DNA from: Gordius albopunctatus
Lineage: Eukaryota
Reading direction: 5' to 3'
DNA: 64,000 bases
NCBI GenBank assembly: GCA_964276515.1
Contig: OZ193909.1
Coordinates: 15,252,001 to 15,316,000, forward strand
Shown: positions 1-13,700 of the stretch, piece by piece
Position numbering within the stretch: position 1 is the stretch's first letter
How the letters are laid out: the number at the start of each line of letters is the position of its first letter
The notes under the pieces: model-generated
Told to the model about the DNA's origin: nothing
The model's input: the letters and a program-made list of their open reading frames with translations, nothing else
Database searches by the model: none
Translations under genes and position numbers: made by a program

Positions 1-1014
1 TTGCTCAGTTTTTTAATCCAATGTTGTTCAATAACTTTTCCCTCAGTAATTGAGATTCATTTCAAGGTTAATTAATGATTGAATTGAATTTGAATCAGCA
101 ATGTCAATCTTAGAAGTGTTAAGTTTTACCTGTGTGGTAAAAAGAGGTGGGTTTTGTTTAATCGCGACCTTAGGGGATAGACTATAAAAAAGACCAAAGG
201 CCTTTTGGTATATTTTGGTAAAAAATGATTGTCGTTTATAGAGCCAAATAAAATCTTTTAGCGTAAATTGGTGTGTTAGAGCGTCATAAAGTTGTTGAAA
301 ATAGAAAAATTGAGTTTATCACCCTTACTTGATTACAATTTTTATAATTCTCAGAAGCTAAATAAATCTAAAAAAAATTTGTGAGTCAAGGTGCCATAAA
401 AAATTTTTATTTGTCAAATTTTCTTAGTGACCATTGTAAATTGTAGTTTATAGAATTAAATAAATTAAATTGCACCATTTCAGCTGTTTATTTTAAATTA
501 ATATTTCTATAAATTTATGAGAGAATTTTTGAGATAATTACAAATTTTAAATCTATATATATAAAAATCTAAGTCCCGTTTTTTTATACGCTAATAACTT
601 TTAGAGTTCTCAACCGATTGCCACCAAATTTGGCCAGATTATTGCCTTATCATTGTAGATGGTTTATAGATACTTTTTATCAAGCTGCGACAGCGGGAAC
701 CATGTTTTTTAAATTGGTTACCGCCATCTAGCGGACGTCAGCTACAACGCTTATCTCGATTATTATTTTATGTTAGAGTTGTGCTCATAGTTTTAAATGT
801 TTTTCTACTAATCTTTTGTCACATATTTCACTATTTTTATTCACCTTTGGGTTAATTTTTACAATATATATATATCTGTTACAACTAAATAATTAAAAAC
901 CGTAAAACATCAAAATTTTATAATATAAAAAAGACGCGTGCTCTGTTAAAGGTTTACGTATCTAAACTTTTGACGTGAAAATATTGTTATAATAATCAAA
1001 GCGCCCATCAAGAG

Positions 1015-1562
1015 TACAAAGTTTCATTTAATAAAAACAGCCCACTTCAAGATATTACAAATAATTTCTCCATATGTTGGCCTATATTTCTGAAAAGTCT
1101 AAACCCAAGAACACAACACATCATGCATTAGAAACAACTGAAATCACTGCTGTTTAAGTAACCTCAATTTTATTACACTACATTTTTGCTTTAATAATTA
1201 TTTAAGCCCACTTCAAGATATTACAAATAATTTCTCCATATGTTGCCTTATATTTCTGAAAAGTCTAAACCCAAGAAAACAACACATCATGCATTAGAAA
1301 CAACTGAAATCACTGCTGTTTAAGTAACCTTAACAATTTTATATTAGAAATATTTTTCCAAACTAAGAGCATTTCTATGGTATTTTTTACCCCACATTTA
1401 AATTTGTTATATCTTTTTAACCATATTTGATTAAAACTTTAAACTTATCTTTGTAAAATACTATTGAATGTTTTTAATACATAGGGAAACATTATACTAT
1501 TATTACACTACATTTTTACTTTAATAATTTTTTAGCATACAAAGTTTCATTTAATAAAAACA
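1015..1562. repeat. Internal duplications in the Helitron 5' non-coding region
   Basis: About 125 bp repeated at 1039-1163 and 1205-1330. Shorter blocks recur at 1171/1501 and 1015/1538. Confidence 0.8.
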
Positions 1563-1631
1563 AGTTTTACTTTAAAAAAATTCGACTTATTTATGTATTT
1601 TTCATTTTCTTAGTATATCGACTTTAGATTC

Positions 1632-4600
1632 ATGCGCCCCAAGAAAACATCTATTGGACGTAAAACACGAAATACGGATTGAGTGCGCCGATTGCGTGCT
1701 CTTGAGTTTGAAAATGAACTACAACAGTCTGCAACTCTGCCTCAGCCACCTTCACGTGCTCAGCCATTACCCGCAGGCAACCACCTAGCATTTTCTTACC
1801 CATCTAATATTGAAAGTTTACGTCGCCATGTTCTCATTGGTACTATGTCTATTGTGTGTCCTCATTGCAATGCCTTGAAATTTGCTGGAGAAACGACTGG
1901 AATGTGTTGTGCAGCCGGAAAAGCTAAACTGCCTCACCTTGCAGAACCGCCTGAGCCATTAAAAACATTGCTGGCTGGTTATACCACGGATTCTAAACAT
2001 TTTCTATCTAACATCAGGAAATACAACTCCTGTTTCCAAATGACGTCGTTTGGCGCTGATGTTGTAACCACACAATTCATGCCTACATTCAAGGTAAAAG
2101 GTAAATTTATCATAAAGCCGGATCCCTCCTTCCATTGCCAGAAGGGCAACATAAGTTCCTACAACTATATTTTATCGGAGATGATGAGATAGAATTAGGT
2201 GCACGCCTCGACATTTTTAGCGGTTTAAAAAGAGCCATCGTTTCACAGCTTCAGTTGCTGCTTCATGCTAATAATAATTTAGTGCGTTTATTCAAAACTG
2301 CACTGGACATAATGCCTTCAGATACCCACAAAATAGTCATTCATGCTGACAAAACTCCTCCGGGAGAACATGGGAGAAGATTTAATGCCCCAACTATACA
2401 TGAAGTCGTCATTGTTATAGTTGGGGATCAATTTCAACTTAGAGACATTGTGCTTCATAGGAGAAACAATGCTTTGACACAAGTTTCTGATACTCATCGC
2501 TGCTATGACCCCCTACAATATCCAATTATATTTTGGGATGGTGCTGACGGATATCACTTTAATGTTAAGATGATAAATCCAATCAATGGCGAACCTACAA
2601 ACTCAAAATGCAGCGCTATGAACTATTATTCATACAGAATAATGATTCGAGCGGACTGGGACAATTTTATTTTAAAATGCCGGCAAATATTCCACCCATA
2701 CATCGTGGATATGTATGCCAAAATTGAATCGGAGCGTTTGCTATACATCCGCTTAAATCAGACTAAACTTCGCTCAGAAGAATATATCCATTTGCGAGAC
2801 GCTCTTCGTAACGACTCTAATACCATTAACGTTGGGAGATTAACCATTTTGCCTTCATCTTATACAGGAAGTCCACGCCATATGCATGAATACGCTCAAG
2901 ATTCAATTGCGTATTTTCGTAAATACGGTCGTCCGGACCTATTTATAACTTTTACATACAACCCAGCGTGGGACGACATAAAAGACCTTTTGTTTCCTGG
3001 TCAATTACCTATCGATAGGCATGACATTACCGCCCGTGTTTTCCGGCAAAAACTTAAATCAATGCTTAATCTCATTGTTAAGCATGAGGTATTTGGGTCT
3101 GTGCGTTGCTGGATGTATTCAGTCGAATGGCAAAAGAGAGGTTTGCCTCATGCCCATATACTCATATGGCTATATAGCAAGATTATGTCAAACGAAATCG
3201 ACGCTTTAATATCTGCTGAAATTCCCGACCCCAACTTAGATAACGATTTGTACCAAATTGTTACAAAAAATATGATACACGGCCCTTGCGGAACACTTAA
3301 TCCAAGATCGCCATGCATGAAAGACGGCAAATGCTCAAAGCGATATCCTCGAAGCTTAGTATGCAATACAATTACCGGCAACGATGGATACCCTTTGTAC
3401 AAAAGAAGATCAATAGAAGATGGTGGTAACTTAGCACCCATCCCCATACTCAATGCAACGATCGAGGTGGACAACCGATAGGTTGTTCCATATAGTCCTC
3501 TGCTCTTAAAATTATACAAAGCTCACATCAACGTTGAGTATTGTAACTCCGTGAAATCCATCAAATATATTTGTAAATATGTAAACAAAGGCAGTGATAT
3601 GGCAGTTTTCACTGTTCAACCAGATAGCAACCTTCACACCGATGAAATCGCACAGTATCAGACTGGAAGATACATTAGCAGTAAGGAAGCTGTGTGGCGT
3701 ATTCTATCCCTCCCCATACATGACCGTAGTCCTGCTGTGGTTCACTTAGCCGTGCATCTAGAAAATGGGCAGCGAGTTTATTTTACAAATGCTAATGTCC
3801 AACAAATCGCCTTAAACCCCCCCCCCCCGACACAACGCTCACAGCTTTCTTCAAGCTATGCCAACATGATGTTTTTGCGCAGACGCTGCTCTATTCAGAG
3901 GTACCTACCTACTACACATGGAATTCGCGTAGCAGATCGTTTTGCCGTCGCAAACGGGGAAAGTGTGTCGATGGACACCCTGACATATTCGAAGATGATG
4001 CGATAGGCCGACTATACACTATTCATCCCAATCAAGATGAATGTTTCTTTCTTCGCATGCTTTTAATTAATGTACGTGGTCCTACATGTTTCCAAGAATT
4101 AAAAGTGGTCGACGGTTATGTACATCCCCCTTTCCGCAGTGCATGCCAAGCTATGCATCTATTAGAACACGATAATCATTGGGATGAATGCATCAGTGAG
4201 GCGTGTCATACTACAAATCCAAAACAAATCCGTGTATTATTTGCGATTATATTGACTTCATGCTCTCCGTCAAATCCTAAATCTTTATGGGATAAATATC
4301 AAGCACACATGGCAGAAGATATTATTCATCGGAATAGTACTTCACATCCTATCATTAACATGCCTCAAATGTCACATTATAATCAAACTTTAATTATTCT
4401 TGAAGATTTAAGCTTACAAATCATAAAGTTTTAATACAATTGGGGATGCCTGCGCCTAATCGCTCTTCTGCCGCTCCATTACATGCAGAATTCTACCGTG
4501 AACTTAATTATAACCAGGCAGATCTTTTGTTTTATGTGAGCTCTAATGTTCCAAGGCTAACACTCCAACAAAAAGCCATTTATGATACAATATTATTAGC

Positions 4601-5918
4601 TGTTAATAAAGGTTCTGGAGATATTTTTTTCTTAGATGCTCCTGGCGGAACTGGTAAAACATTTTTACTGACTTTACTTCTTGCAACTGTTCGATCCCAA
4701 AATGAAATAGCCGTGGCTCTTGCATCTTCCGGAATAGCTGCGACATTGTTGCCTGGTGGTAAAACTGCTCATTCAGCATTAAAATTGCCTTTAAACATTC
4801 ATTATAGCGAAACTCCCATGTGCAACATTTCCCGAGCATCTGGAATGGGTAAAGTACTAGAAAGGTGCAAACTTATCGTTTGGGATGAATGCACAATGGC
4901 CCATAAAAAATCGCTTGAAGCTCTAGATCGTTCTTTGCAAGATTTGCGTCGAGATTCCAGACCATTTGGTGGCGCATTTTTATTGCTTGCAGGAGATTTC
5001 AGGCAAACTTTACCAGTGCTTCCTCGATCAACCCCTGCTGATGAGATCAATGATTGCCTAAAATATTCTATTTTGTGGCCTTATGTCAAAACCTTAAATT
5101 TAACTACTAATATGCGTGTAATGTTACAAAATAAGCAAGCATGTGAGTTATTCTCCCATCAATTGCTAGAAATTGGAAACGGAACCGTGCCCGTCGACAT
5201 AAACACAGGACGGATTTCATTTCCTACCAACTTCTGCCATTTTGTGTCGTCCAAAACAGCTTTGGTAGAAAAAGTTTTTCCAAATATTAACACCCATTAT
5301 CAGGATCGAATATGGCTCCGTCAACGGGCTATTCTTGCCCCAAAGAATAAAGACGTCCAAGAACTTAACAATCTCATTCTGTCTACAATTGACGGCACTC
5401 CAGTTACCTACAAATCGGTTGACACTGTTGTTACTGCTGATGACGCTGTTAATTATCCGCTCGAATTTTTAAATTTGCTAGATCTCCCAGGCATACCACC
5501 ACACGTTTTGCATTTGAAAATTGGCGTACCGATTATGATGTTGCGCAATGTTAATCAGCCAAAACTTTGCAACGGCACACGTCTTGCTATTAAACGCTTA
5601 ATGTGCAACCTTGTTGAGGCCACGATTTTGACTGGACCTTTCACTGGAGAAGATGTCCTCATACCACGGATCCCTTTGATTCCAACAGATTTACCATTTG
5701 AATTCAAAAGATTGCAATTTCCTTTTAAACTCGCATTTGCTATTACCATTAACAAAGCTCAAGGCCAGTCTCTAGAAATTTGTGGTATAGATTTAGAAAC
5801 AGATTGTTTTTCACATGGACAATTATATGTTGCATGTTCGCGCGTCGGCAATCCACAAAATTTGTATATCTACACAGATAATAACATGACCAATATTGTC
5901 TATCCCCAAGCATTATAG
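1632..5918 (+). pseudogene. Helitron RepHel (HUH replication initiator + Pif1-family SF1B helicase), disrupted
   Basis: Zn-binding CPHC...CC motif, HUH motif EWQKRGLPHAHIL, two-Tyr motif SIKYICKYVNKG, and helicase motifs DAPGGTGKTF, IVWDECTM, AGDFRQTLP, FAITINKAQGQS and FSHGQLYVACSR. In-frame stops at 1680 (TGA) and 3479 (TAG). Frameshifts near 2100, in the poly-C at about 3820, and near 4430. Confidence 0.93.
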
Positions 5919-7243
5919 CAATTTCTTCCTTTCTAAGGAAGAAGTTAAGCTGCGAAGCATCTCTTACCCGAACCTACAACCCTCTTTATAACGCCTCACT
6001 ACTTTTCTGCATGAATAATTAAAGTTAGTATTATTTCTCTTTATCCACTCATAACTTTTAGCAATTACCATTAAAGCCTATTGATTTTACTCGTTTAAAT
6101 TCTATAATTTTATATTTCTTTTAGCATTTCTCCCCTTTTTATTAGATTTTGACTGGACCTTTCACTGGAGAAGATGTCCTCATACCACGGATCCTGCCGT
6201 TTTTTTGTGCGCTAATAACTTTTGAAGTTCTCAACCGATTGTCACCAAATTTGGCCAGATTATTGCCTTAGCATTGTAGATGTATTAATAAATATTTTAT
6301 ATCGCTCTTCAATAAATATTATGGATATTTATTTGCATTAGCATTAGGACCTTTCACATTATAACTTATTTCATATATGACCTTATTTTAGATAAGTCTT
6401 ATTAATAGGTTATACTTATTTAACCACTTAAGGACTGAGCCAAAGCAACGCTTGGCCGGGCACAGCTAGTACTTATATAAATAATTTATCTAGGTAATCA
6501 TGAAGAGATTTCGCCTAATACATCTAGATAAATAATTTGAATTTCAAGGACAATTTTTAATATAGAATAATTTTTCAAAAACAGCCATGTTAACAAATTT
6601 AGTTTTAATACTTGTAATAAATTTATGTCACTTTAGTCTCTAAAAGTCTCGTTAAAAAAATCTATTTAGCTCTTTAAATGACAATTGTCACCAGGATAAG
6701 TTAACAAATTTAATTTTCATATTTGTAATAACTTTTTGATACCCTAACCCAACAAATTTTGTCAAAAATTTAGCTCTAAAAATGACAATTACAAAAATTG
6801 TCACCAAGTGGTTTTAAATTTATATTTGTAATAACCATAATGACACCCTAACCCACAAATTATCAGGAAAAGAATATTAATATCAATCCAACTCAACCAT
6901 GATTATTACCCAATCAGTATCATTAAAAATGGTGATCAAAGTCACTGAATAATCGTCAAATTCAAATGATCAAATGTAAAGGCTTTTATTGTTATGAATA
7001 AAAAAACTAAAAAATTGCATAGCAATTAAAATATTATTTATGAAATCGCAAATTAGACTAATATAAAAATTAATCAAATATTAAGCACATTCTACTGAGC
7101 ATTTGTTAATTTATTACGGAGCATCTAAATAGCATCCTATAATAAATATTGTTTACCCGAGAAAAGGTGGTTTGAAATGATTTATCAAAAAATTTGGCCC
7201 ACAAGCCTTAAAAATTATTCACAAAAATAGGGAAACGAATTCC

Positions 7244-7446
7244 TAGAGTTGTTAAATTGCTAACTTTCTTCAACTCCAGCCACCATCTGCTCGAGTTTCT
7301 GCTCGGCCCTCGAGCATTTTTATATACTACTGCTCTGCCTACTGCACCAAACAGCGAGAACATATTGTGTTAACGCGCATATTAAGCAACTCAGTGTGCG
7401 TGCTCGCGTTTGGAGTTTGAAGAAACTTAGCAATTCAACAACTCTA
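7244..7446. mobile_element. hAT-type MITE
   Basis: Imperfect TIRs of about 35 bp (tagagttgttaaattgctaa... / ...ttagcaattcaacaactcta). Exact 8-bp TSD cgaattcc at 7236-7243 and 7447-7454. Confidence 0.85.
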
Positions 7447-8617
7447 CGAATTCCTTTGCTAACCCACGCGAATCTATTTTTAAGACAGTAAATCGGCCTT
7501 ATTATTTGTAAATATAATGAAAAGCAAAATATCGGAATGTTTTCCAAAACTTTTTATTTATTTCATTCATCCCCACAAAGCAAGTATTTTTAGCTATGAT
7601 AAACATTTGAACCTCGTTATTACACGTGTAAATATATTATTAGTCAGGATGTGAAAAACTATTTGTTAGGCTATTTCTGGCTTTAGACACAATTTTGAAG
7701 GTGTTTCCAAATTGGATATAATTATAATAAGTGTCATCCATTCTTTAGAGAGACCGCGGTCAAAAAATTAGTTTCTTTCAGCGTTGCTTACAAAATTTTA
7801 AATGCATTTTTATGTAATTTAATATTTACGAAACACGTGTACGCTCTATCATTTATAAATGATATAAGCCGACCAAGCAACATAAATAAATATTGAATAA
7901 ACATAAAATTCGTTAATCAAAGCGATCACCAGTCGATTATTTTATATGGTATGAGGAAAACGGAAATCCCTAAGGAATGCACATGTACATATTATCACAA
8001 ATTTATAGCAGCATGGTCAGACCAAAAATGACCATATTGCATCCAATATAAAGCGAAAAGTTTTATGTCGATGGAACTGGAGATCTTACTAATAGCGGAT
8101 TGTCCCATTTGATTGGGTCTTATGGATTGGGGTGATTTTAAATAAACCCCACTTTTTTTTGCTTAATTCAAGCATAAAACTGCAAATTAAGCTTATATTG
8201 TAGGTCGGTAAAACTTCAAAAAATATCGACTTTTACAGATTAACAAAACCTGCTTAATGATTTATTTTATATATTTGGCATTTAACGCATATTTAATAAT
8301 TTTGAGGTGTCTAATCATTATTATATAAAAGGTAAAATTTTTGCGCAAAAAATTATGTGAAACATGCATTAAAATTTAAAAAACAAATAAAATATTAAAA
8401 TTTACCTGCAAAATCTATAAGAATTAATTATAACGTCAGATGTTTTCACCGAGAAATGTCAATAATCATTATATCTGAGATTAAGCTATTAATTTGCGAG
8501 AACCAAGTAAGTAAACTAAATTTTGTTTATGCAAAACTGGCGGAACGTTGTTTACACTTGTGTATATTTGAATAAAAATCAAAATCCTTTAGACTACCTC
8601 CCTTTTTCTGTTGTAAA

Positions 8618-8767
8618 CATGGGCGTCGCCCCCCCCCCCTTGAATGACAAAAACAATTTTTTTCAATGCGAAAACCCTTAAAAATAGAAAATTTATGTTT
8701 TGCCCCTCCCTAATTGAACTTTTAACCGTTTTGCCCCCCCCCCATCCAAAACCTGGCTACGCTCATG
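8618..8767. mobile_element. MITE, catgggcgtagc-TIR family (hAT-like)
   Basis: TIRs catgggcgtcgcc / ggctacgctcatg. Near-TSD gttgtaaa / gttgtaga. Confidence 0.7.
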
Positions 8768-9151
8768 GTTGTAGAATACAAAATACAGCAAGAAATAAAA
8801 AAATTTCAGTATTCCATACATTGAATGAATTATGGAACATCAAAAATATATTTGAAATTTTCTCATCCTGAGTGCTGTATTTTACATGTGGTATAAAAAA
8901 TAAGTAGTAACAAAATATTCACGGTCAAACCGCAGTTTAATATAACTTTTTGGATTCTTGATAAACTATTGTTATAAAATTGGAGAGCTATAAGAAACAT
9001 CTTTACAAAATAAAATTTAAATAATTCAAGATCACTCATAACTTAGACCCTTAATTTATAGATTTTTTGGGAAAATTATGATAAAAAATTGCAAATTATT
9101 TTACCTAACTACAAGCTTATACACCTAATTTGAAATATTAAAATATATGTT

Positions 9152-9316
9152 CAAGTGCGTAGCCAGGGGGAGGCAGAGAGGGACGGCTGCCCCAAACACA
9201 AAAATCGTTGAAATTAAATAAAGTATGATTAAAATTACGAAAATTTATCACCTTGCCCCTCCCTAAATCATTATTGCCCCCCCCACCTCTAATTACAATC
9301 CTGCCTACGCCCATAT
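9152..9316. mobile_element. MITE, catgggcgtagc-TIR family
   Basis: caagtgcgtagccagg ... cctgcctacgcccat. Shares the internal motif ccctaaatcattattgccccccc with the other copies. Confidence 0.65.
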
Positions 9317-9780
9317 GTTATATAAATTATTCTCTAGGTCAAAATATGAATTAGCTAACGACTATTATAACAGATTTTTCATATTAGTGCGCAAATATTA
9401 AAAGTGTTATTTGAGTTTAAAAATATATAACAAGTTCGTTACAATATGTCAAATAGTTTTTATTAATTTTTTTTGAAGATTTTTAAACCTTCTTTCTGTG
9501 ACTGTTTATCACCTAGGCTCGTGTTTAGTCCTTTCAACATTAATTTCCATTTGTCTCTATGCCACGTATTGTATTTAGATTGGTTTTACCCTTGTTTATA
9601 TATATATTAATTTTATTAAGCGCAAACAAGGGCAACTAGCTATAGGAGAAGTGAAGTGGTATTAAAATATTTCTGGTTGGTAAGGATTATTTCAATTTTT
9701 ACTCAGAATTATTTGCTTTTCTAAATTAAAAAGTTTAAAAAAATCAATATTTATGGCTTAAATTTTAATAAATTATTATT

Positions 9781-10101
9781 TTGCCACTCCCCAAAGCATT
9801 CGTCTTGTCGTGCTCAGGGACGTTTGGGAAGATGACATTAAATTTTTTTAAAGAACTCAATCAACGCTCGCCCCCTTCTAAAATATCGAATAATTTTTTA
9901 CTACGACAATCAATTACCATCGCGATCGCTAAATCCAATTTTTATTCTTTGATGGATTCAATGCCCATTCTCAAAGATGAAGAAAGGGATAACGTGTTTT
10001 AATCATTTTTTATATAAATATTTTCGTCCTTGTATCTTTTTATTAATTCCACTCAATATTTTATACTTTTAATTTAATAAAGCATGTCCATTCAAAAAAA
10101 A
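9781..10101 (+). mobile_element. 5'-truncated non-LTR retrotransposon remnant (REL-endonuclease C-terminus, CRE/SLACS-like)
   Basis: Peptide FVLSCSGTFGKMTLNFFKEL...FLLRQSITIAIAKSN resembles the recalled terminal motif E..G..G..A..F.K.L....QR.S.A..RGN of REL-type elements. It is followed by AATAAA at about 10076 and an A-run at about 10094. Confidence 0.45.
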
Positions 10102-10709
10102 TAAACCAACAACAAAAAATCTTTTTTAGTGTACTTGGCTATTCTATATCATAGGCGTACAGAAGGGGGTTTAAAATATAAAATAAAAGAATCAGCCATA
10201 TATATTATAAAATCATAACTAAATGACTTTAGCCCCGTTAATGTTTTACAAAATGTTTATAGGAAATGGCTTATAATGTTGAAAGCCTTAAATATAGTTA
10301 TTGCTATAACTCCTCAAGAAATTAAACTCGCGAAAGATATAAGCTCGATTGTTAAGAAAGCTAGAACTTAACGAGGTGGGAGCCCATAAATTGCATAGCA
10401 GTTAATATTTTAGGTTCATAGTTCTTTCTCTCAAAGTAATAGAAATTAATAGGGCATTTGCGGACAAAAAAATCTTATAGATTTTTGACTAAAATTTTAC
10501 AAATACTTAGTTATAAAATTTTTTCCTTAGTCCGAAAACACTCAATTTAACGGATAGTCGAATTCGCAAATACAATTGCGACACAGACTCATACATGACT
10601 CGCTCGTAGTAGTATACTTTGATATATAAATAACTTTTAATATAACAAAATCACAACACAACTTTACACAAACATCATCTAATAAATTTATAATATTTTC
10701 TATAAAGAG

Positions 10710-13700
10710 TTAGTTAGAGACGACATTTCTAGCCAGTTCAATATCTTTTTCCGTAGGCGCAAAAGCCTGCCAAGGGTGAGGGAGGGTCTCAACCTTAACT
10801 TGCCTCAGCCACGTTTCGTAATCCTGACGGAAAGTATGCAAAAGTTCCCCACTTCTTTCTAAAACCAATTTAAAGTAACTATCGTGCGGCGTTAAGTCTT
10901 GCGTTCGGCCCTTCTTGTTGTTGTATTCCTGAAATAATGGACAAAAATAGTATTATTATTTCATTTAAAAGGCTACAAATAATTGGCAGAAAAAATCCGT
11001 CTTTACATACGATACCTGATTCAACAGAGCTTTGTCAATTCTTTTCATCGTTTTTTCCATCACCTCCAAAAATCTTGGGTTAGGCTGAAGGGAATGCTCT
11101 TTCATAACTTTCAAGCACATAACCATGTAAGGAACGTTAACGGTTATGCAGGCCGTTTTCATTAGGCTAGTCATTATGATGATGTTGGGCCTAAAATTTA
11201 GCTCCTAAAATGGAAAAATTTAGCGTGAATGCATAATCTAAATCAATTGCAAACAAATAGTTAATTGCCCGAGAAGTGAAATTATTCGGGTCTAAAGTAA
11301 AATTTTGTTAACCAAGCAACATTGATAAAAGTCTATAAATTTATGAAGCATTTTATCCTCGTTTAAATCCCAATAAGAATATTTAAACAGCGTAAAGTCT
11401 TAGTTTGAGAGAAAAGAAAGTTTAAAGTGCTTTGATTGTTACAATATCGTTCCTTAAACGTGTGGTCCATTATTTTGAAAACATTTCCTAATTGTATTAA
11501 GCCATAACTTTTAAGTATAAAAAATTATATTAACGGTGTTTTATGATAAGAAATAATCATATCAAATTTTGTCTTCTAGTCGTAATGCAAAAATAATAAC
11601 ATAAACTAGTTTTAAGAATGAATTTTAATGATTCCACACACCATATATACACTTATAGAACGAATAACGTTTAATATATATTACTTATAGGGAAAGGTAC
11701 TCCTCAGTCCTCACTTACCTGAGTGTATTAGTATTCACAAAGTCCCTACTAAACCCTAATCATGCCGAATTCTTAATTTTTCACAAAATTTGACCGAATA
11801 ATAATTTGTAGAAACTGTCGGTTTAAACCTAACGAATCTAAGGCCCACCTTCATATCGGCCAAGAGTTGACGGGCTTGAGGCAATTTCCTACAAGCCAAA
11901 GCTAAAACCCCGAAATGAGTGAGGTCGAGTTTGAGGCCCAACGAGCTCATGAATTTGAAAACGCGTCGGGCACTATCAGCATCGCCAACCATGCAATATC
12001 GCTTAGCGAGAACCTTGTAAAATACGGAGTCGGGGCTAGAGTGCTGGCCAAGCATGGTTTCGCGGTATTTGGCGTTCAAGTGCTTCGTGCCGATTCCTTA
12101 ATAGAGCGGTTGCATGTTAATTTATATTATTTCGTAATTATGATAGACAAGTTGCAAAATAATTTATGTATAAAGCTAATCAGTCGAGCCGCCCATAAAC
12201 AAGAATGGAATTTGGGCTCGAGCGAGGTCAAAAAATTAAAGCCAACCAGCGGTCATAGTGTATTAAAATAAAAGGCATTTACAGAAGCATAAGTCCACAG
12301 CTATTAAAAACCCGTATAAGTTTCCACGGAAATTATGCAAAAATTACAAGTTGGACACGACACTCACTCAAGAAAACGAAAAGCGAGCCCATAAATTGCA
12401 TAGAAATTAAAAGGATAAAAGTAGAGGATAGGTAAAAGAGTAAGACCCGGCTTACACGGAATAAAGAATTATATCGCTACCTGAGAATTGGAGTGCTCTA
12501 TCTGCAATTCTTGAAAATTTAAAGTAAAAGTGCTATTCGGTAGGCTTTTATATATTTTATTATAAACTTTTTATAAAATGAGGACAACAAATTGTTTGGC
12601 TTCGCTATTAAGGCTCTTATTTGGCTAAAATCGCGAATGTCAATATTTTTTAGAATTGGTTTGCTCCATCTGCAATTACCCAATCGCAAGTGCTCATTTA
12701 ATCACGTGAATAAATCGTCTGCTTTTAAATCTTAACTCGAACAATATCTCTACAATTACTATTCACATTTTTGTATGTCAAACATTGATAAATAAGAACT
12801 ATTTCGGATGAAGATAAGTAAATTTAATATAAAAAATAAAGCCATAATTATTATAAGTTTCAAGGTGATAAATCAAAAAATTTTAGATGATGGTTGAAAT
12901 TAGACTACAGGCAAAATTTGTATAAATGATTAATACTAATATTAATTTTAGGCATTGTTCATTAATGCTCATGGAAAAAGATGATTGTTATGGAAAAAAT
13001 TAAATTTTTAAAATATAATATTTAGGATTATTCAAAATTGTCAGGAGATCAAATTTTTAAGGAAATATTTGTTAACTATTTAGATATAATTGATTGTACT
13101 TATACGAGATATTTTTTTGTATGTATCATTTATTTTATAAGTAAATAGTATGATTGCTACAAATTGGTCCCATTAAATATTTTTTAGCCATATAAAAGAT
13201 ATAAATCATTACGATTGTTTTAGAAATTTAATTATATACCAATAGATATTTATAAAATTTTATAGTTTACCTTGATGTACACAACTCCAAATTAATTACC
13301 ATAATTTTATAATCTTAAATAAATTTGAGTAATTAAAGTAAAATAGCCATTATAATATATAACTAGTTTAATAATCTCATATTTATTTTATTCTTAAAGT
13401 TACAAGTCATAAATCTAATGCTAATAAAACCTTAAAACGTGTGGTTAAAACCGCAGATAGAGCAAAGTAGCTAAATGACAAAACATTTGGGACTTTGCTC
13501 TACCTGAAATCCAAAAAATCAATTTTTTGGGGAAATAAAAGAAAAACCCCACATTTTTGGCTAAAATATTACAGATGCTATTAGTTTCCATTACCTAACT
13601 TAAAATATCGAGTCATATGAATAATTAGTTTAGATTTTATAACATTTCAAACTTTGAACTCAATCATCCATCTCAGTTCGGAGTTGTGTGCAGATAGAGC

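Larger units (their letters stand above)
552..6469 (+). mobile_element. Helitron, full length but non-functional (rolling-circle transposon)
   Basis: 5' end TC (a|tctatatatataaaa) at 552. 3' end CTAG at 6466-6469 followed by T, so it sits in an A|T site with no TSD. GC-rich subterminal hairpin gccaaagc-aac-gcttggc at about 6439-6456. Contains RepHel coding remnants. Confidence 0.92.

Noticed and set aside
43..368. Stop-free minus-strand frames and splice-like signals at the window start
   Set aside because: Several incompatible readings and no recognisable protein motif, so it cannot be supported without flanking sequence or RNA data.
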